Source: an uncultured Syntrophaceae bacterium
Lineage (GTDB): Bacteria > Desulfobacterota > Syntrophia > Syntrophales > UBA8958
Reading direction: 5' to 3'
DNA: 64,000 nt
Assembly (NCBI GenBank): GCA_964645835.1
Contig: CAZYDG010000080.1
Location: forward strand, 1-64,000
Shown piece by piece: positions 1-9,071 of the stretch. Below the pieces are notes generated by a model. That model made no database searches. It saw only the letters and a program-made list of their open reading frames with translations, and had not been told where the DNA came from. The translations under genes were made by a program, and so were the position numbers. How positions within the stretch are numbered: position 1 is the stretch's first letter; each line of letters begins with the position of its first letter.

Positions 1-153
1 GGCTTCGGTGTATTCTTTTTTCGATTGCGGACTCATATTCAACCTCCATAGAAATGGCGGTATTCGGTAATATCGAATTATGAGTCAACGATCCTTTTTA
101 TTCACCTCCTTCGGTAACATTTAATTTGAGGCAATTCGCTGAACATTTTATAT

Positions 154-181
154 TTGACATGTCGGCAGGCATGCTTAAAAT
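154..181 (+). promoter_or_regulatory. Candidate sigma-70 promoter (TTGACA-16nt-TAAAAT) for the Hsp20 gene
   Basis: TTGACA at 154-159, TAAAAT at 176-181. It lies inside the long ORF 126-665, which argues for the downstream ATG at 213 as the true start. Confidence 0.35.
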
Positions 182-212
182 AAGTCAAATAAACTTAATG
201 CCGGGGGGCTGT

Positions 213-665
213 ATGAACTATATCAAGATAAGATTCAGAAACGATCGCGGCATGATAGAACGTGAGATTCAGGATGCCCTTGAAGACACATTCCGGATGA
301 CAAGCCCCGCTATGTTTGCCGTGGGTGAACATTCATGGCGGCCAAACACGGACATTTATGAAACGTCCGATTCGATCCTTGTGGTTATGGATCTTGCCGG
401 TGTGAAACGGGATGAAATTCATCTGGAAGTCAGCCGCAAAGCCATTAAGATTTATGGAAAGCGCGATCAGAAAGCCCTTCTGGGTACGACGCGTTATCGG
501 TTGGCAGAAATCGCTTACGGTTATTTCGAACGTCATTTATCCCTTCCCGCTCCCGTCGATGGTGATCGGATCGAGGCGACTTACCGAGACGGGTTCCTGG
601 AAGTCCGCATGACAAAATTGCCGCCGGTAAGCGAGGCTGTGAGGAAGGTCACTATTACGCAATAA
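213..665 (+). CDS. Hsp20/alpha-crystallin family small heat-shock protein
   Basis: Alpha-crystallin-domain-like sequence (WRPNTDIYETSDSILVVMDLAGVKRDEIHLEV...). GGGGG RBS before ATG 213. The ORF track gives a longer 126-665 version. Confidence 0.75.
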   Translation: MNYIKIRFRNDRGMIEREIQDALEDTFRMTSPAMFAVGEHSWRPNTDIYETSDSILVVMDLAGVKRDEIHLEVSRKAIKIYGKRDQKALLGTTRYRLAEIAYGYFERHLSLPAPVDGDRIEATYRDGFLEVRMTKLPPVSEAVRKVTITQ

Positions 666-770
666 TAGTATATATTGCTATTACTGGATAAATAAACCTT
701 ACATTTAAACTGGGGCCGTCTTACCTTGGATAAGACCTCATAGTATATTAAGGAAGTCACGGAGGAATCC

Positions 771-3119
771 ATGCCAGACACTATACAAAATGACGATATG
801 AAACTCATCCAGATGCCGGAGATAATGCCCATTCTCCCTCTGTTCAATTTGCTTGTCTTCCCCAAGATGATGTTGCCCCTGGAGGTATTGGGCGATCAAT
901 CGGTGAATCTTGTCGATGATGCCATGTCCCGGGAGCGAATCATCGGTCTGCTTCTGGCAAAAAAATCTCCTGTTGAGACGAACTATAAGCCGGAGGATTT
1001 TTATGAGATCGGTACCATCGTTGTAATTCTCAAGATGGCCAAGGGTGGTGATAAGAAGGCTCAACTGCTGGTTCAGGGCATAGGCCGGTTTCGCATCAAA
1101 GAGTTCGTAGAAGGCAAATCCTATCTTCAGGCCCGCGTCGAATCCCTGGAAGATGTAGAGGTCAAGGATATCGAAGTGGAGGCCTTGATGGCCAACCTTG
1201 TAACTCTCTTTGAGCGGATTGTCAAACTGACGCCCTTCCTTCCCCAGGAATTCGGCGCCATGGCCAAATCAGTAACGGATGCCGGTGTCCTGGCGGATCT
1301 GATTGCGTCGATCATCAATGTCACGTCCGAGGAGAAGCAGTCGATCCTGGAGATCCTTGACGTCAAGGAGCGCCTGCGTGAGGTGACCCGGCTGGTCAAT
1401 CATCAAATGGAGATCCTGGAATTGGGAAACAAGATTCAGTCCCAGGTCAAGGATGATATCGACAAGAGCCAGCGGGAGTTCTATTTGCGCCAGCAACTCA
1501 ACGCCATCCGCAAGGAGCTTGGTGAAGGGGATGAGCCGAAGGTGGAGATCGAAGAGTACCGGGAAAAAATAGCCAAGAAGGACCTCCCCGAGGAGGCCCG
1601 TAAGGAGGCGACCCGCGAGATCGAACGCCTGGAAAGGATGCACCCGTCCTCCGCTGAATATACAGTTGCGTCCACATATCTGGACTGGATCATTGCCCTT
1701 CCGTGGCATGAAGGGACGGAGGACAACCTGGACATCAAAAAGGCAAGAAAGATACTGGATGAAGACCATTATGGGCTGGAAAAGCCGAAGAAGCGTATTA
1801 TCGAGTATCTATCCGTCAGGAAACTGAAGCCGGACAGCAAAGGTCCTATTTTATGCTTCGTCGGGCCTCCGGGAACGGGCAAGACATCTCTGGGCCAATC
1901 CATAGCCCGGGCTCTGGGCCGGAAATTCGTCCGTATCGCTCTGGGCGGCGTCCGGGACGAGGCGGAGATTCGCGGCCATCGCCGGACATACATCGGAGCC
2001 CTGCCCGGCAGAATCATACAAAGCATACGCCGGGCGGAAACGAATAACCCTGTGTTTATGCTCGATGAAATCGACAAGGTCGGCAGTGATTTCCGTGGCG
2101 ATCCCTCATCGGCGCTCCTTGAGGTCCTCGATCCGGCGCAGAATTTTTCGTTTATGGATCATTACCTTGATCTGCCATTTGATCTGTCCCATGTCATGTT
2201 CATCACAACGGCCAATATCCTGGACACGATCCCACCGGCTTTGAGAGACCGGCTGGAGATCATCGAACTGGTCAGTTATACTCAGGAAGAGAAACTCCAC
2301 ATTGCCGAGCGGTATCTCATCCCGCGCCAGATCGGGGAAAACGGCTTGAAGGAAGGGCAGATTACCTTTACAAAAGGGGCTGTGAAACAAATCATCGCAG
2401 GCTATACGCGGGAAGCGGGAGTCCGGAACCTTGAACGGGAAATTGCCGCGGTTTGTCGTGGCGTGGCAAGTCAGATTGCTGAAGGAACCATGGAAAAGGC
2501 TGTTGTCCATGTGAAAGACATCCACCGTTATCTGGGCCATGTCCGTGTCACTAGCGAAACAGCGGCGCGGACGTCGAAGCCCGGTGTCGTCATGGGCCTG
2601 GCCTGGACGCCTGTGGGCGGCGACCTTCTGTTTATCGAGGCCACGTCCATGAAAGGAAAGAAAGGACTCACCCTGACAGGACAGTTGGGTGACGTGATGA
2701 AGGAATCGGCCATGGCGGCCCTCAGCTTTATCCGGACCAACGCCGAAGCGCTGGGCATCAACAAGGATTTCTATGAAGATGTGGACATCCACATCCATGT
2801 TCCCGCCGGCGCCATGCCTAAAGACGGCCCATCGGCAGGAGTCACGATCCTGACAGCCCTGGTGTCCCTTTTGCTGAACAAACCTGTCAAGAAGGACCTG
2901 GCTATGACGGGTGAAATCACTCTCCGGGGCCTTGTCCTCCCTATCGGCGGCCTCAAGGAGAAGGTTCTGGCAGCCCATCGGGCGGGGATAAAGACGATCA
3001 TCATCCCCCGGTGGAACAAGAAGGACCTAGACGATATTCCTCTCAAGGTCCGCAAGGATATCGACTTCCGGCCTGTTGACGACATGATGGAAGTTCTGAA
3101 AATCGCTCTTGAAAAATAA
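771..3119 (+). CDS. lon: ATP-dependent Lon protease
   Basis: 782 aa. Lon N-domain, Walker [10 protein letters not shown], and a C-terminal Ser-Lys protease domain (PKDGPSAGV...K). RBS GGAGGA. Confidence 0.95.
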   Translation: MPDTIQNDDMKLIQMPEIMPILPLFNLLVFPKMMLPLEVLGDQSVNLVDDAMSRERIIGLLLAKKSPVETNYKPEDFYEIGTIVVILKMAKGGDKKAQLLVQGIGRFRIKEFVEGKSYLQARVESLEDVEVKDIEVEALMANLVTLFERIVKLTPFLPQEFGAMAKSVTDAGVLADLIASIINVTSEEKQSILEILDVKERLREVTRLVNHQMEILELGNKIQSQVKDDIDKSQREFYLRQQLNAIRKELGEGDEPKVEIEEYREKIAKKDLPEEARKEATREIERLERMHPSSAEYTVASTYLDWIIALPWHEGTEDNLDIKKARKILDEDHYGLEKPKKRIIEYLSVRKLKPDSKGPILCFVGPPGTGKTSLGQSIARALGRKFVRIALGGVRDEAEIRGHRRTYIGALPGRIIQSIRRAETNNPVFMLDEIDKVGSDFRGDPSSALLEVLDPAQNFSFMDHYLDLPFDLSHVMFITTANILDTIPPALRDRLEIIELVSYTQEEKLHIAERYLIPRQIGENGLKEGQITFTKGAVKQIIAGYTREAGVRNLEREIAAVCRGVASQIAEGTMEKAVVHVKDIHRYLGHVRVTSETAARTSKPGVVMGLAWTPVGGDLLFIEATSMKGKKGLTLTGQLGDVMKESAMAALSFIRTNAEALGINKDFYEDVDIHIHVPAGAMPKDGPSAGVTILTALVSLLLNKPVKKDLAMTGEITLRGLVLPIGGLKEKVLAAHRAGIKTIIIPRWNKKDLDDIPLKVRKDIDFRPVDDMMEVLKIALEK

Positions 3120-3122
3120 TCT

Positions 3123-3752
3123 TTAAGCCGGGCGGGTTCGCCTGCCCGGCTCCCTTTTCCCCCGATACCGCCATTGATAAAAGAAGTGGACGCCTGCGGC
3201 GGCTGCGATGATAATGGCTAGAATAAACAGGATATAAAGGCGGACCTTCCAGGATAACAGATTCCATTCTTTGCCGAAAAAGTAACCCATGCACATGAAA
3301 GTTGAGACCCATAGAAAGGCCCCTGTGTATGCAAAGAGGCAGAAATCTGCGGTTTTCAAATCCGATGCGCCTGCAATGAGGGCAACGGCGTGGCGGACGC
3401 CGGGGATGTAATAACCGGCGATGAGGGTCCATTTGCCGACGCGGCTGAACCAGGTATGAGCACGGTCGAGAAGTGATGGCGAAAGATGGAGGCGGGGGCC
3501 GTATCGGCGCAGGACATAGATACCTCCCAAACGGCCGATGGCATAGCTTACGGAAATGCCGCAGACGGAACCGGCAAAGGCGGATATAAAGGCAAGGGCG
3601 GGATGGAGGGAACCCTGAAGGACAAGATAGCCGACAAAGACCAGCAAGGTCTCGTCGGGAACGGGCAGGCCGACAATGCCGAGAACCAGCAACGCAAAGA
3701 TTGCCATATACCCGTAGGATGTGATCCAAAGCTGGAAATTGTCCAAAAGCAT
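3123..3752 (-). CDS. DedA/TVP38 family membrane protein
   Basis: 209 aa, multi-TM. Conserved DedA-like N-terminal region (GYMAIFALLVLGIVGLPVPDETLLVFVGYL). Confidence 0.8.
   Translation of the reverse strand: MLLDNFQLWITSYGYMAIFALLVLGIVGLPVPDETLLVFVGYLVLQGSLHPALAFISAFAGSVCGISVSYAIGRLGGIYVLRRYGPRLHLSPSLLDRAHTWFSRVGKWTLIAGYYIPGVRHAVALIAGASDLKTADFCLFAYTGAFLWVSTFMCMGYFFGKEWNLLSWKVRLYILFILAIIIAAAAGVHFFYQWRYRGKREPGRRTRPA
3130..3160. terminator. GC-rich hairpin between the convergent lon and DedA genes (possible bidirectional terminator)
   Basis: ccgggcgggttcgcctgcccgg inverted repeat followed by a T-rich tract. Confidence 0.35.
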
Positions 3753-3966
3753 GCTTCTTTCCTTTGTGAGGTCTTTAACAGCCTGTCCAAATCGTGTTCT
3801 TCAATAACTTGTTCCTGGCTTATGGATGCCGGTTTCAAATTACTCTTTTTTCAGAAAAAATTATAGAATTTATCTAAAAATATATCTAAAATAATACTTC
3901 AAAGGGTACCTTCTTTACAGATTATCACACCATTTTAACCTCTATGGCAACAGGAAAGGAGTGTTT

Positions 3967-6483
3967 ATGGTTCTCGATCTTGCATTGAAGTATTTGTGGT
4001 ATATCGCCCTGCTGATTCCCGCCGGTATATTGGTGTATGAGTCCGTGGTAATTGTGGGCGGTAACGAGATCGCCCTGATCGAGCGCCGGTGGTTCGGCCG
4101 AAAGATGCCCCAGGGGCGGGTTGTGGCCCTTGGCAGTGAAGTCGGTATTCAGGCACGAACCCTCGGTCCCGGTTTGCACTTTCTGATTCCGTTCATCTAC
4201 AATGCCCGGAAAAGTGTTTTTACGGAGATACTGGAAAACGAGATCGGTCTGATAGAATCCGTGGATGGATCGTCCATCCCGCCCGGCAATATCTTTGCGG
4301 CAGTCGTGGCCGGCCATAATTCCTTTCAGGACGGAGAGGCCTTTATCAAAAACGGCGGTCAGAAGGGACCGCAGATCGAGGTGCTGCCGCCCGGGAAGTA
4401 CCGCATCAATCCCTACCTGTTCAAGCTGACAAAGGGCAGGGTAACGGAAATCAAGGATTTCGAGATCGGCATCGTCGAATCCGTCGACGGCAAGGCTATT
4501 CCGGAGGGGAAGATTTTTGCGCAGGCTGTCGAAGGGCACGCATCCTTTCAGAACGGCGAGGCCTTTATTAAAAATGGCGGGCAAAAAGGTCCCCAGATTG
4601 AAATCATCCCGCCGGGAAACTATCGCATCAATCCCTATCTGTTCAAGGTTACGAAAAGCCAGGCTACCAAGATCAGTGACGGGGAAATTGGGATGATCGA
4701 GTCCGCCGATGGTTCCCCCATACCGGCCGGGCGTATCTTTGCCAATGTCGTGACCGGGCACAACTCCTTCCAACTTGGACAGGAATTCATAAAAAACGGC
4801 GGCCAGAAGGGCCCGCAGACGGAGATCCTCCCGCCGGGCGTCTATCGTATTCATCCTAACCTTTTTAAAATCACGAAGGCCCCGGCCGTGGTGATTGCCA
4901 AAGGCGAAGTCGGCATGGTGACGGCGCAAGACGGAGCACCCATCCCTATGGGACGTCTGCTGGCCCAAAGTGTGACTGGGCACTCGAATTTTGAAAACGG
5001 TGAGGCATTTCTTAAAAACGGCGGTCAGAAAGGGCCCCAGATCGATGTGCTGCTGCCGGGCACCTATCGGATCAACCTGAATCTGTTCCAGATCCAGATT
5101 GCCAAGGCGGTCGTCGTGGAGGCCAACAAGGTCGGCCTGGTCACGGCTTTGGACGGTATCCCGCTCCCGGAACGGGAATATGTCGCCAGCCCCATCACCG
5201 GTCATAACGATTACCAGGACGGCTCGTCGTTTCTCGCCAGACAGGGGCAACGCGGTCCCCAACTCGACGTGTTGCGGCCGGGAACTTACTATATCAATCC
5301 ATTCATGTTCAGTGTGGAAATCGACGATGTTGCCGTCATTGAACGCGGCCAGGTTGGCGTCGTGGTTTCAAACGTCGGGGAGGACCCCACTGAAGAGATG
5401 AAGAAACGGCTGGGTTCCACTCAGATCGGGGCTTCCGAGGAAGAAGGCAAAGAGAAGTACGTTGTTCCCAATGGATTTCGCGGCATACAGGAAGAAGTGG
5501 CCGGTCCGGGGCGCTATTACCTCAACCGGCGGGCCTTCATGATGTATATCATCGATACGACGAATATTACCATTGACTGGGACGATCAGGCGGACACCCG
5601 CTTTGACCAGCTTTCGGTTATCTCCAAGGACGGTTTTCCGATCCAGGTTGCCGTCAAGGTAGTCATTCGCGTACGGCCCGATCAGGCGCCTTACATGGTT
5701 GCCAAAGTCGGTTCCATCGATAACCTGATCCAGCATGTCATTCACCCGATGATCGACTCATCGTTTAGGAACCAGGCCTCCACGGCCTCGGCGATGAACT
5801 TCCTCCAGAGCCGATCGGAAGAACAGACAAAGGCTGAAACACGCGCCCGTGTCGATCTTGAAAGGTATCATGTGGAGTGCGTGTCGGTCCTGATCTGCCA
5901 GATCCGTCTTCCGGAGGAACTCATGCAGACCCAGACCAAACGGATCATCGCCGAACAGCAGCAGGAGATGTACAAGATGGAGCAGCGGTCCCAGGCGGAG
6001 CGGACCGAGATGGAGAAGATGCGGGCAACGGCCGATCAACAGCCCACATTGGTTGCCTCTGAAATCGCCGTGAAGGTGGCTACCCAGAAAAAGACGGAAA
6101 TGATTACCCTTGCCGAAGGCACCGCGGAGGCCAAAGCGCTTGAGGGTTCCGGTGAAGGCAAACGGCTCAAGGCCATCGGCGACGGCGAGGCCTCCAAAAT
6201 AGCTGCGGTCGGAGAAGCGACCGCTCAGGCTTACAACAAGCAGCAGCAGGCTATCGGGGAAGACGCCATCAAGCAGATCAAGATCGTGGAGCTGATCGCC
6301 GCCGCTATTGAAAACGGGAAGATCAAGATAGTCCCCGATGTCCTGGTGACCGGCGGCGGCAGTGCGGCCGACGGATTGATGGGCATGATGACGAAACTGT
6401 TGCCGGGTGTCGATATGGGGAGTTTCGTGAAAAAGGCTGGTACGGCAGCGCCGGAGACGCCCGAAAAGATGGTAAAGTCTTAA
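3967..6483 (+). CDS. Flotillin/SPFH (band 7)-like membrane protein with five tandem 74-aa internal repeats
   Basis: N-terminal TM helix. Five repeats carry the signature GHxxFQxGEAFIKNGGQKGPQIEVLPPGxYRINPYLFK. C-terminal flotillin-like coiled-coil/EA-rich region. RBS AGGAAAGGAG before ATG 3967 (GTG at 3961 also possible). Confidence 0.7.
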   Translation: MVLDLALKYLWYIALLIPAGILVYESVVIVGGNEIALIERRWFGRKMPQGRVVALGSEVGIQARTLGPGLHFLIPFIYNARKSVFTEILENEIGLIESVDGSSIPPGNIFAAVVAGHNSFQDGEAFIKNGGQKGPQIEVLPPGKYRINPYLFKLTKGRVTEIKDFEIGIVESVDGKAIPEGKIFAQAVEGHASFQNGEAFIKNGGQKGPQIEIIPPGNYRINPYLFKVTKSQATKISDGEIGMIESADGSPIPAGRIFANVVTGHNSFQLGQEFIKNGGQKGPQTEILPPGVYRIHPNLFKITKAPAVVIAKGEVGMVTAQDGAPIPMGRLLAQSVTGHSNFENGEAFLKNGGQKGPQIDVLLPGTYRINLNLFQIQIAKAVVVEANKVGLVTALDGIPLPEREYVASPITGHNDYQDGSSFLARQGQRGPQLDVLRPGTYYINPFMFSVEIDDVAVIERGQVGVVVSNVGEDPTEEMKKRLGSTQIGASEEEGKEKYVVPNGFRGIQEEVAGPGRYYLNRRAFMMYIIDTTNITIDWDDQADTRFDQLSVISKDGFPIQVAVKVVIRVRPDQAPYMVAKVGSIDNLIQHVIHPMIDSSFRNQASTASAMNFLQSRSEEQTKAETRARVDLERYHVECVSVLICQIRLPEELMQTQTKRIIAEQQQEMYKMEQRSQAERTEMEKMRATADQQPTLVASEIAVKVATQKKTEMITLAEGTAEAKALEGSGEGKRLKAIGDGEASKIAAVGEATAQAYNKQQQAIGEDAIKQIKIVELIAAAIENGKIKIVPDVLVTGGGSAADGLMGMMTKLLPGVDMGSFVKKAGTAAPETPEKMVKS
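4240..5349 (+). repeat. Five in-frame tandem 222-nt (74-aa) coding repeats inside the flotillin-like gene
   Basis: Direct comparison of translated repeat units R1-R5, with successive divergence. This repeat also creates the long antisense shadow ORF 3925-5262. Confidence 0.6.
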
Positions 6484-6613
6484 CGATATGGAGATGACAA
6501 CCATTAAGCTTTAGCCGAATCGAGTGGAGAGAAGCAGGGCATTGGCCTTCCGGGTCAAGAGATTCTTTCCATCTTTCATGTTGCAGATGGCTCCATTTGT
6601 GTGGGCGGGAAAA

Positions 6614-6706
6614 ATCCAATTCACCTCCGGGCCAATACCCCGCTTCTCTTGGTCAGACGTGCATCAAATCCCTTGGATTTTGGTGGTGGACTTGGGGGTG
6701 GACCTT
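6614..6706 (+). repeat. Roughly 95-nt conserved non-coding element, copy A, about 300 nt upstream of the atpE-like gene
   Basis: Aligns at about 70 % identity with 31382-31475 (caataccc.gct...ttggtcag.gtgcat...ttggattttggtggtgg.cttgg.ggtg). Both copies are + oriented and sit upstream of + strand energy-metabolism genes. Confidence 0.5.
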
Positions 6707-6997
6707 TTCATTTGCAAAAGGAAATTTGGGATTCTACTTTTCGTTCAATTGATACGTTCTTTTGAAAAAAACGTTAAACCGCTGGTGTCCGCGATATAAG
6801 CCATTGTTCCCGACTAACGGTCATAATTTAATGGTTGCGGACTGTTAGAGATATTTTGCCATGGCCGTCTTTTATGGCATGTCTGTTGCACAATCTGGCG
6901 GGAGTTTAATCATAATAACTCTTCCCGTGGGCAATGTTTTGTGCTATGAGGCTGGGTTAAAAGATCAATTGATGACAGTGAAAGGAGAATTGAAAAA

Positions 6998-7375
6998 ATG
7001 GTAAGGAAATTGGGGAAAAGGTTTTTAACGCTGACTTCAGCAATGGCCGCTGTGCTTGTTTCTTCACCGGTCGTTTTCGCCGCTGAGGCCCTGCCGGCAG
7101 CAGGGGAGTCTTATGTTAAGGTTCTATTCGTGTTCGGAGCCATGTTGGGCGCAGGTCTTGCGATCGGCTTGGGCGCCATCGGCGCCGGCGCTGGTATCGG
7201 TAATGCGGCAAATGGCGCTTGTCAGGCTGTCGGAAGAAACCCTGGGGTTCAGGGAAAGATCATGACCGTCATGCTCGTCGGTATGGCCATGGCCGAATCG
7301 GTCGCCATTTACGCGCTGGTCGTCTCCTTGGTTCTTCTCTATGCAAACCCCTACGTGAAGTACTTTTTGGGTTAA
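6998..7375 (+). CDS. atpE: F-type ATP synthase c-subunit-like proteolipid with an N-terminal signal-peptide-like extension
   Basis: C-terminal 80 aa match the c-subunit hairpin (GAIGAGAGIGNAANGACQAVGRNP ... MAMAESVAIYALVVSLVLL, with a conserved carboxylate E). The N-terminus MVRKLGKRFLTLTSAMAAVLVSSPVVFAAEA looks like a Sec signal. Strong RBS AAGGAGAA. Confidence 0.7.
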   Translation: MVRKLGKRFLTLTSAMAAVLVSSPVVFAAEALPAAGESYVKVLFVFGAMLGAGLAIGLGAIGAGAGIGNAANGACQAVGRNPGVQGKIMTVMLVGMAMAESVAIYALVVSLVLLYANPYVKYFLG

Positions 7376-7425
7376 TCCGGAAATCACGTTAACTTCAAAA
7401 TGAACTACGGTTAGGGGGAAAAAGA

Positions 7426-8733
7426 ATGACAGAAAAAAAGAATGATAAGCAGTTTTTCACGGTAGCAAGGGTCTTCTTCCTGCTTATCGTAATCCCCTTA
7501 TCACTGATGGCAATTCTTATCGCCAACGGCATCTTCAAATTAGGGGTTACAGTAAAAGAACGGGCTGTCACTGTTCTTGACCAAAAATCTCAGGAAGAAA
7601 TAAAAATTCGCGCCATGAACATGGCAGATGAAGTGACCAATTTCCTGAATGAACGGAAAAGGGATGTGATGATCGCCACGATCATTCCCTCCAATGAAGC
7701 CGTTTATAAGAAATTCGTCAATGAAAATCGGAGAAATCTATGGGTTAAAGAAGGCGACAAGATCCGTCAGGTCTCGGCGCCCATCTACAAAGAGATGGCC
7801 TTCATCGACAGGAACGGTAACGAGGTGATCAAAATCACCAACGGCGAAGTGGCTCCGAAGGCAAAACTTACCAATGTCGGCGTCCCCGCCAACACAACTT
7901 ACAAGAGTGAAGATTACTTTGCCAAGGCAAAAGGCCTGAATCAGGGTGAAATCTATGTTTCGCCTGTAACAGGCTGGTACGTCAACCGAGCCGCTTTTGA
8001 CAAGGGCGCACGTTTCGAAGGCATTGTCCGCTTTGCCACCCCCGTTTATGGAAAAGACGGGCTTCAGGGCGTCGTTGAGTTAGCCATGGACGCAAGGCAT
8101 CTGGAGGGATTCACGGATCATGTCATTCCGACATCGTCAACCCCCGTGTTCGAGGCCGATGCGTCGACAGGAAACTATGCCTACATGGTGGACAGCAGGG
8201 GATTCATCATCTCTCATCCCAACGATTATCATATCGAGGGACTGAACCAGGACGGAACGCCCGTTCCGGCCCTGACAAAAGAAACTTCGGAAGCCCTCTC
8301 CAAGAAGGGTGAAGAAGTGATTAACCTGAATCAGATGGGTTTTGTGGACCCCGTGATGCCGGAAGTCGCGAAGGATGCGAATGCCGGAAAAGCGGGCATC
8401 AAGACTTACAAGTTCGGCGGCCATACGAAGTTTGTAGCCTATGCGCCGATTAAATTCTACACCCAGGGGCTTCCCGCACCGGCTGGCTTCGGCTGGATCG
8501 GTATGGGTGTCGATCTGGAAAAATTCAATGAGATGGCGACGAAAGCGACCCAGAACATTGATAAGGAAGCGAAGGCCTGGACGACGACAATCATCCTCAT
8601 CCTGGTCATTTCCATCGTAATCCTCTTCCTCATCGCCGCTATCCTGGCCCGCGGTATTTCACGCTCCATTGCAGCGGAAATCCCCATCGGCTCCGAAGCG
8701 CCTTTCTATGATGACGAAGACGAAGATAAATAA
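7426..8733 (+). CDS. Double-Cache (dCache_1)-like periplasmic sensor protein, two TM helices, no recognisable output domain
   Basis: TM near the N-terminus and near the C-terminus bracket a roughly 330-aa periplasmic region with Cache-like composition. Short acidic C-terminal tail (FYDDEDEDK). RBS GGGGGAAAAAG. Confidence 0.65.
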   Translation: MTEKKNDKQFFTVARVFFLLIVIPLSLMAILIANGIFKLGVTVKERAVTVLDQKSQEEIKIRAMNMADEVTNFLNERKRDVMIATIIPSNEAVYKKFVNENRRNLWVKEGDKIRQVSAPIYKEMAFIDRNGNEVIKITNGEVAPKAKLTNVGVPANTTYKSEDYFAKAKGLNQGEIYVSPVTGWYVNRAAFDKGARFEGIVRFATPVYGKDGLQGVVELAMDARHLEGFTDHVIPTSSTPVFEADASTGNYAYMVDSRGFIISHPNDYHIEGLNQDGTPVPALTKETSEALSKKGEEVINLNQMGFVDPVMPEVAKDANAGKAGIKTYKFGGHTKFVAYAPIKFYTQGLPAPAGFGWIGMGVDLEKFNEMATKATQNIDKEAKAWTTTIILILVISIVILFLIAAILARGISRSIAAEIPIGSEAPFYDDEDEDK

Positions 8734-8760
8734 TTTGAAGTTTTATCATTAATAAAAAAA

Positions 8761-8786
8761 GGCCGGATTCGTTCCGGCCTTTTTTA
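8761..8786 (+). terminator. Rho-independent terminator
   Basis: ggccggattcgttccggcc hairpin followed by TTTTTT. Confidence 0.7.
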
Positions 8787-9071
8787 TTATAACATACTTA
8801 TATTATTGTTTATTATTGCGATTGACAACCTCATCCAAAGCTGATACACAGCCCGACGGACCTTTGAATTTTACTGAAGCTTTCGATCATTGTCATTCCC
8901 TTGCAATTGGAAATCGAGTATCTTCGAGACCTTCTGGATTTCCACTCACCAGCTCCGTGGGGAGAAGCTTTATGGGAGTGACCGAAAGCAATATTTTCAA
9001 AGGCCTCCGCATGTATGCGCGTGTGCGAAATGAAAAATCACATCAGTTATGACAATTAGCGGGAGGATTGT

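Noticed and set aside
126-212. Long N-terminal extension of the Hsp20 ORF
   Set aside because: A sigma-70-like promoter (TTGACA/TAAAAT) lies inside it and a GGGGGG RBS precedes ATG 213, so the extension is unlikely to be translated.
2106-2978. 290-aa minus-strand ORF
   Set aside because: Antisense to lon.
3925-5262. 445-aa ORF on the minus strand
   Set aside because: Entirely antisense to the repeat region of the flotillin-like gene. Low-complexity translation (G/D/R-rich). A shadow ORF created by the coding repeats.
6524-6799. 91-aa ORF covering the conserved upstream element
   Set aside because: The homologous element at 31382-31475 is not in a conserved frame (only an antisense 60-aa ORF there), so the conservation is at nucleotide level, not protein level.
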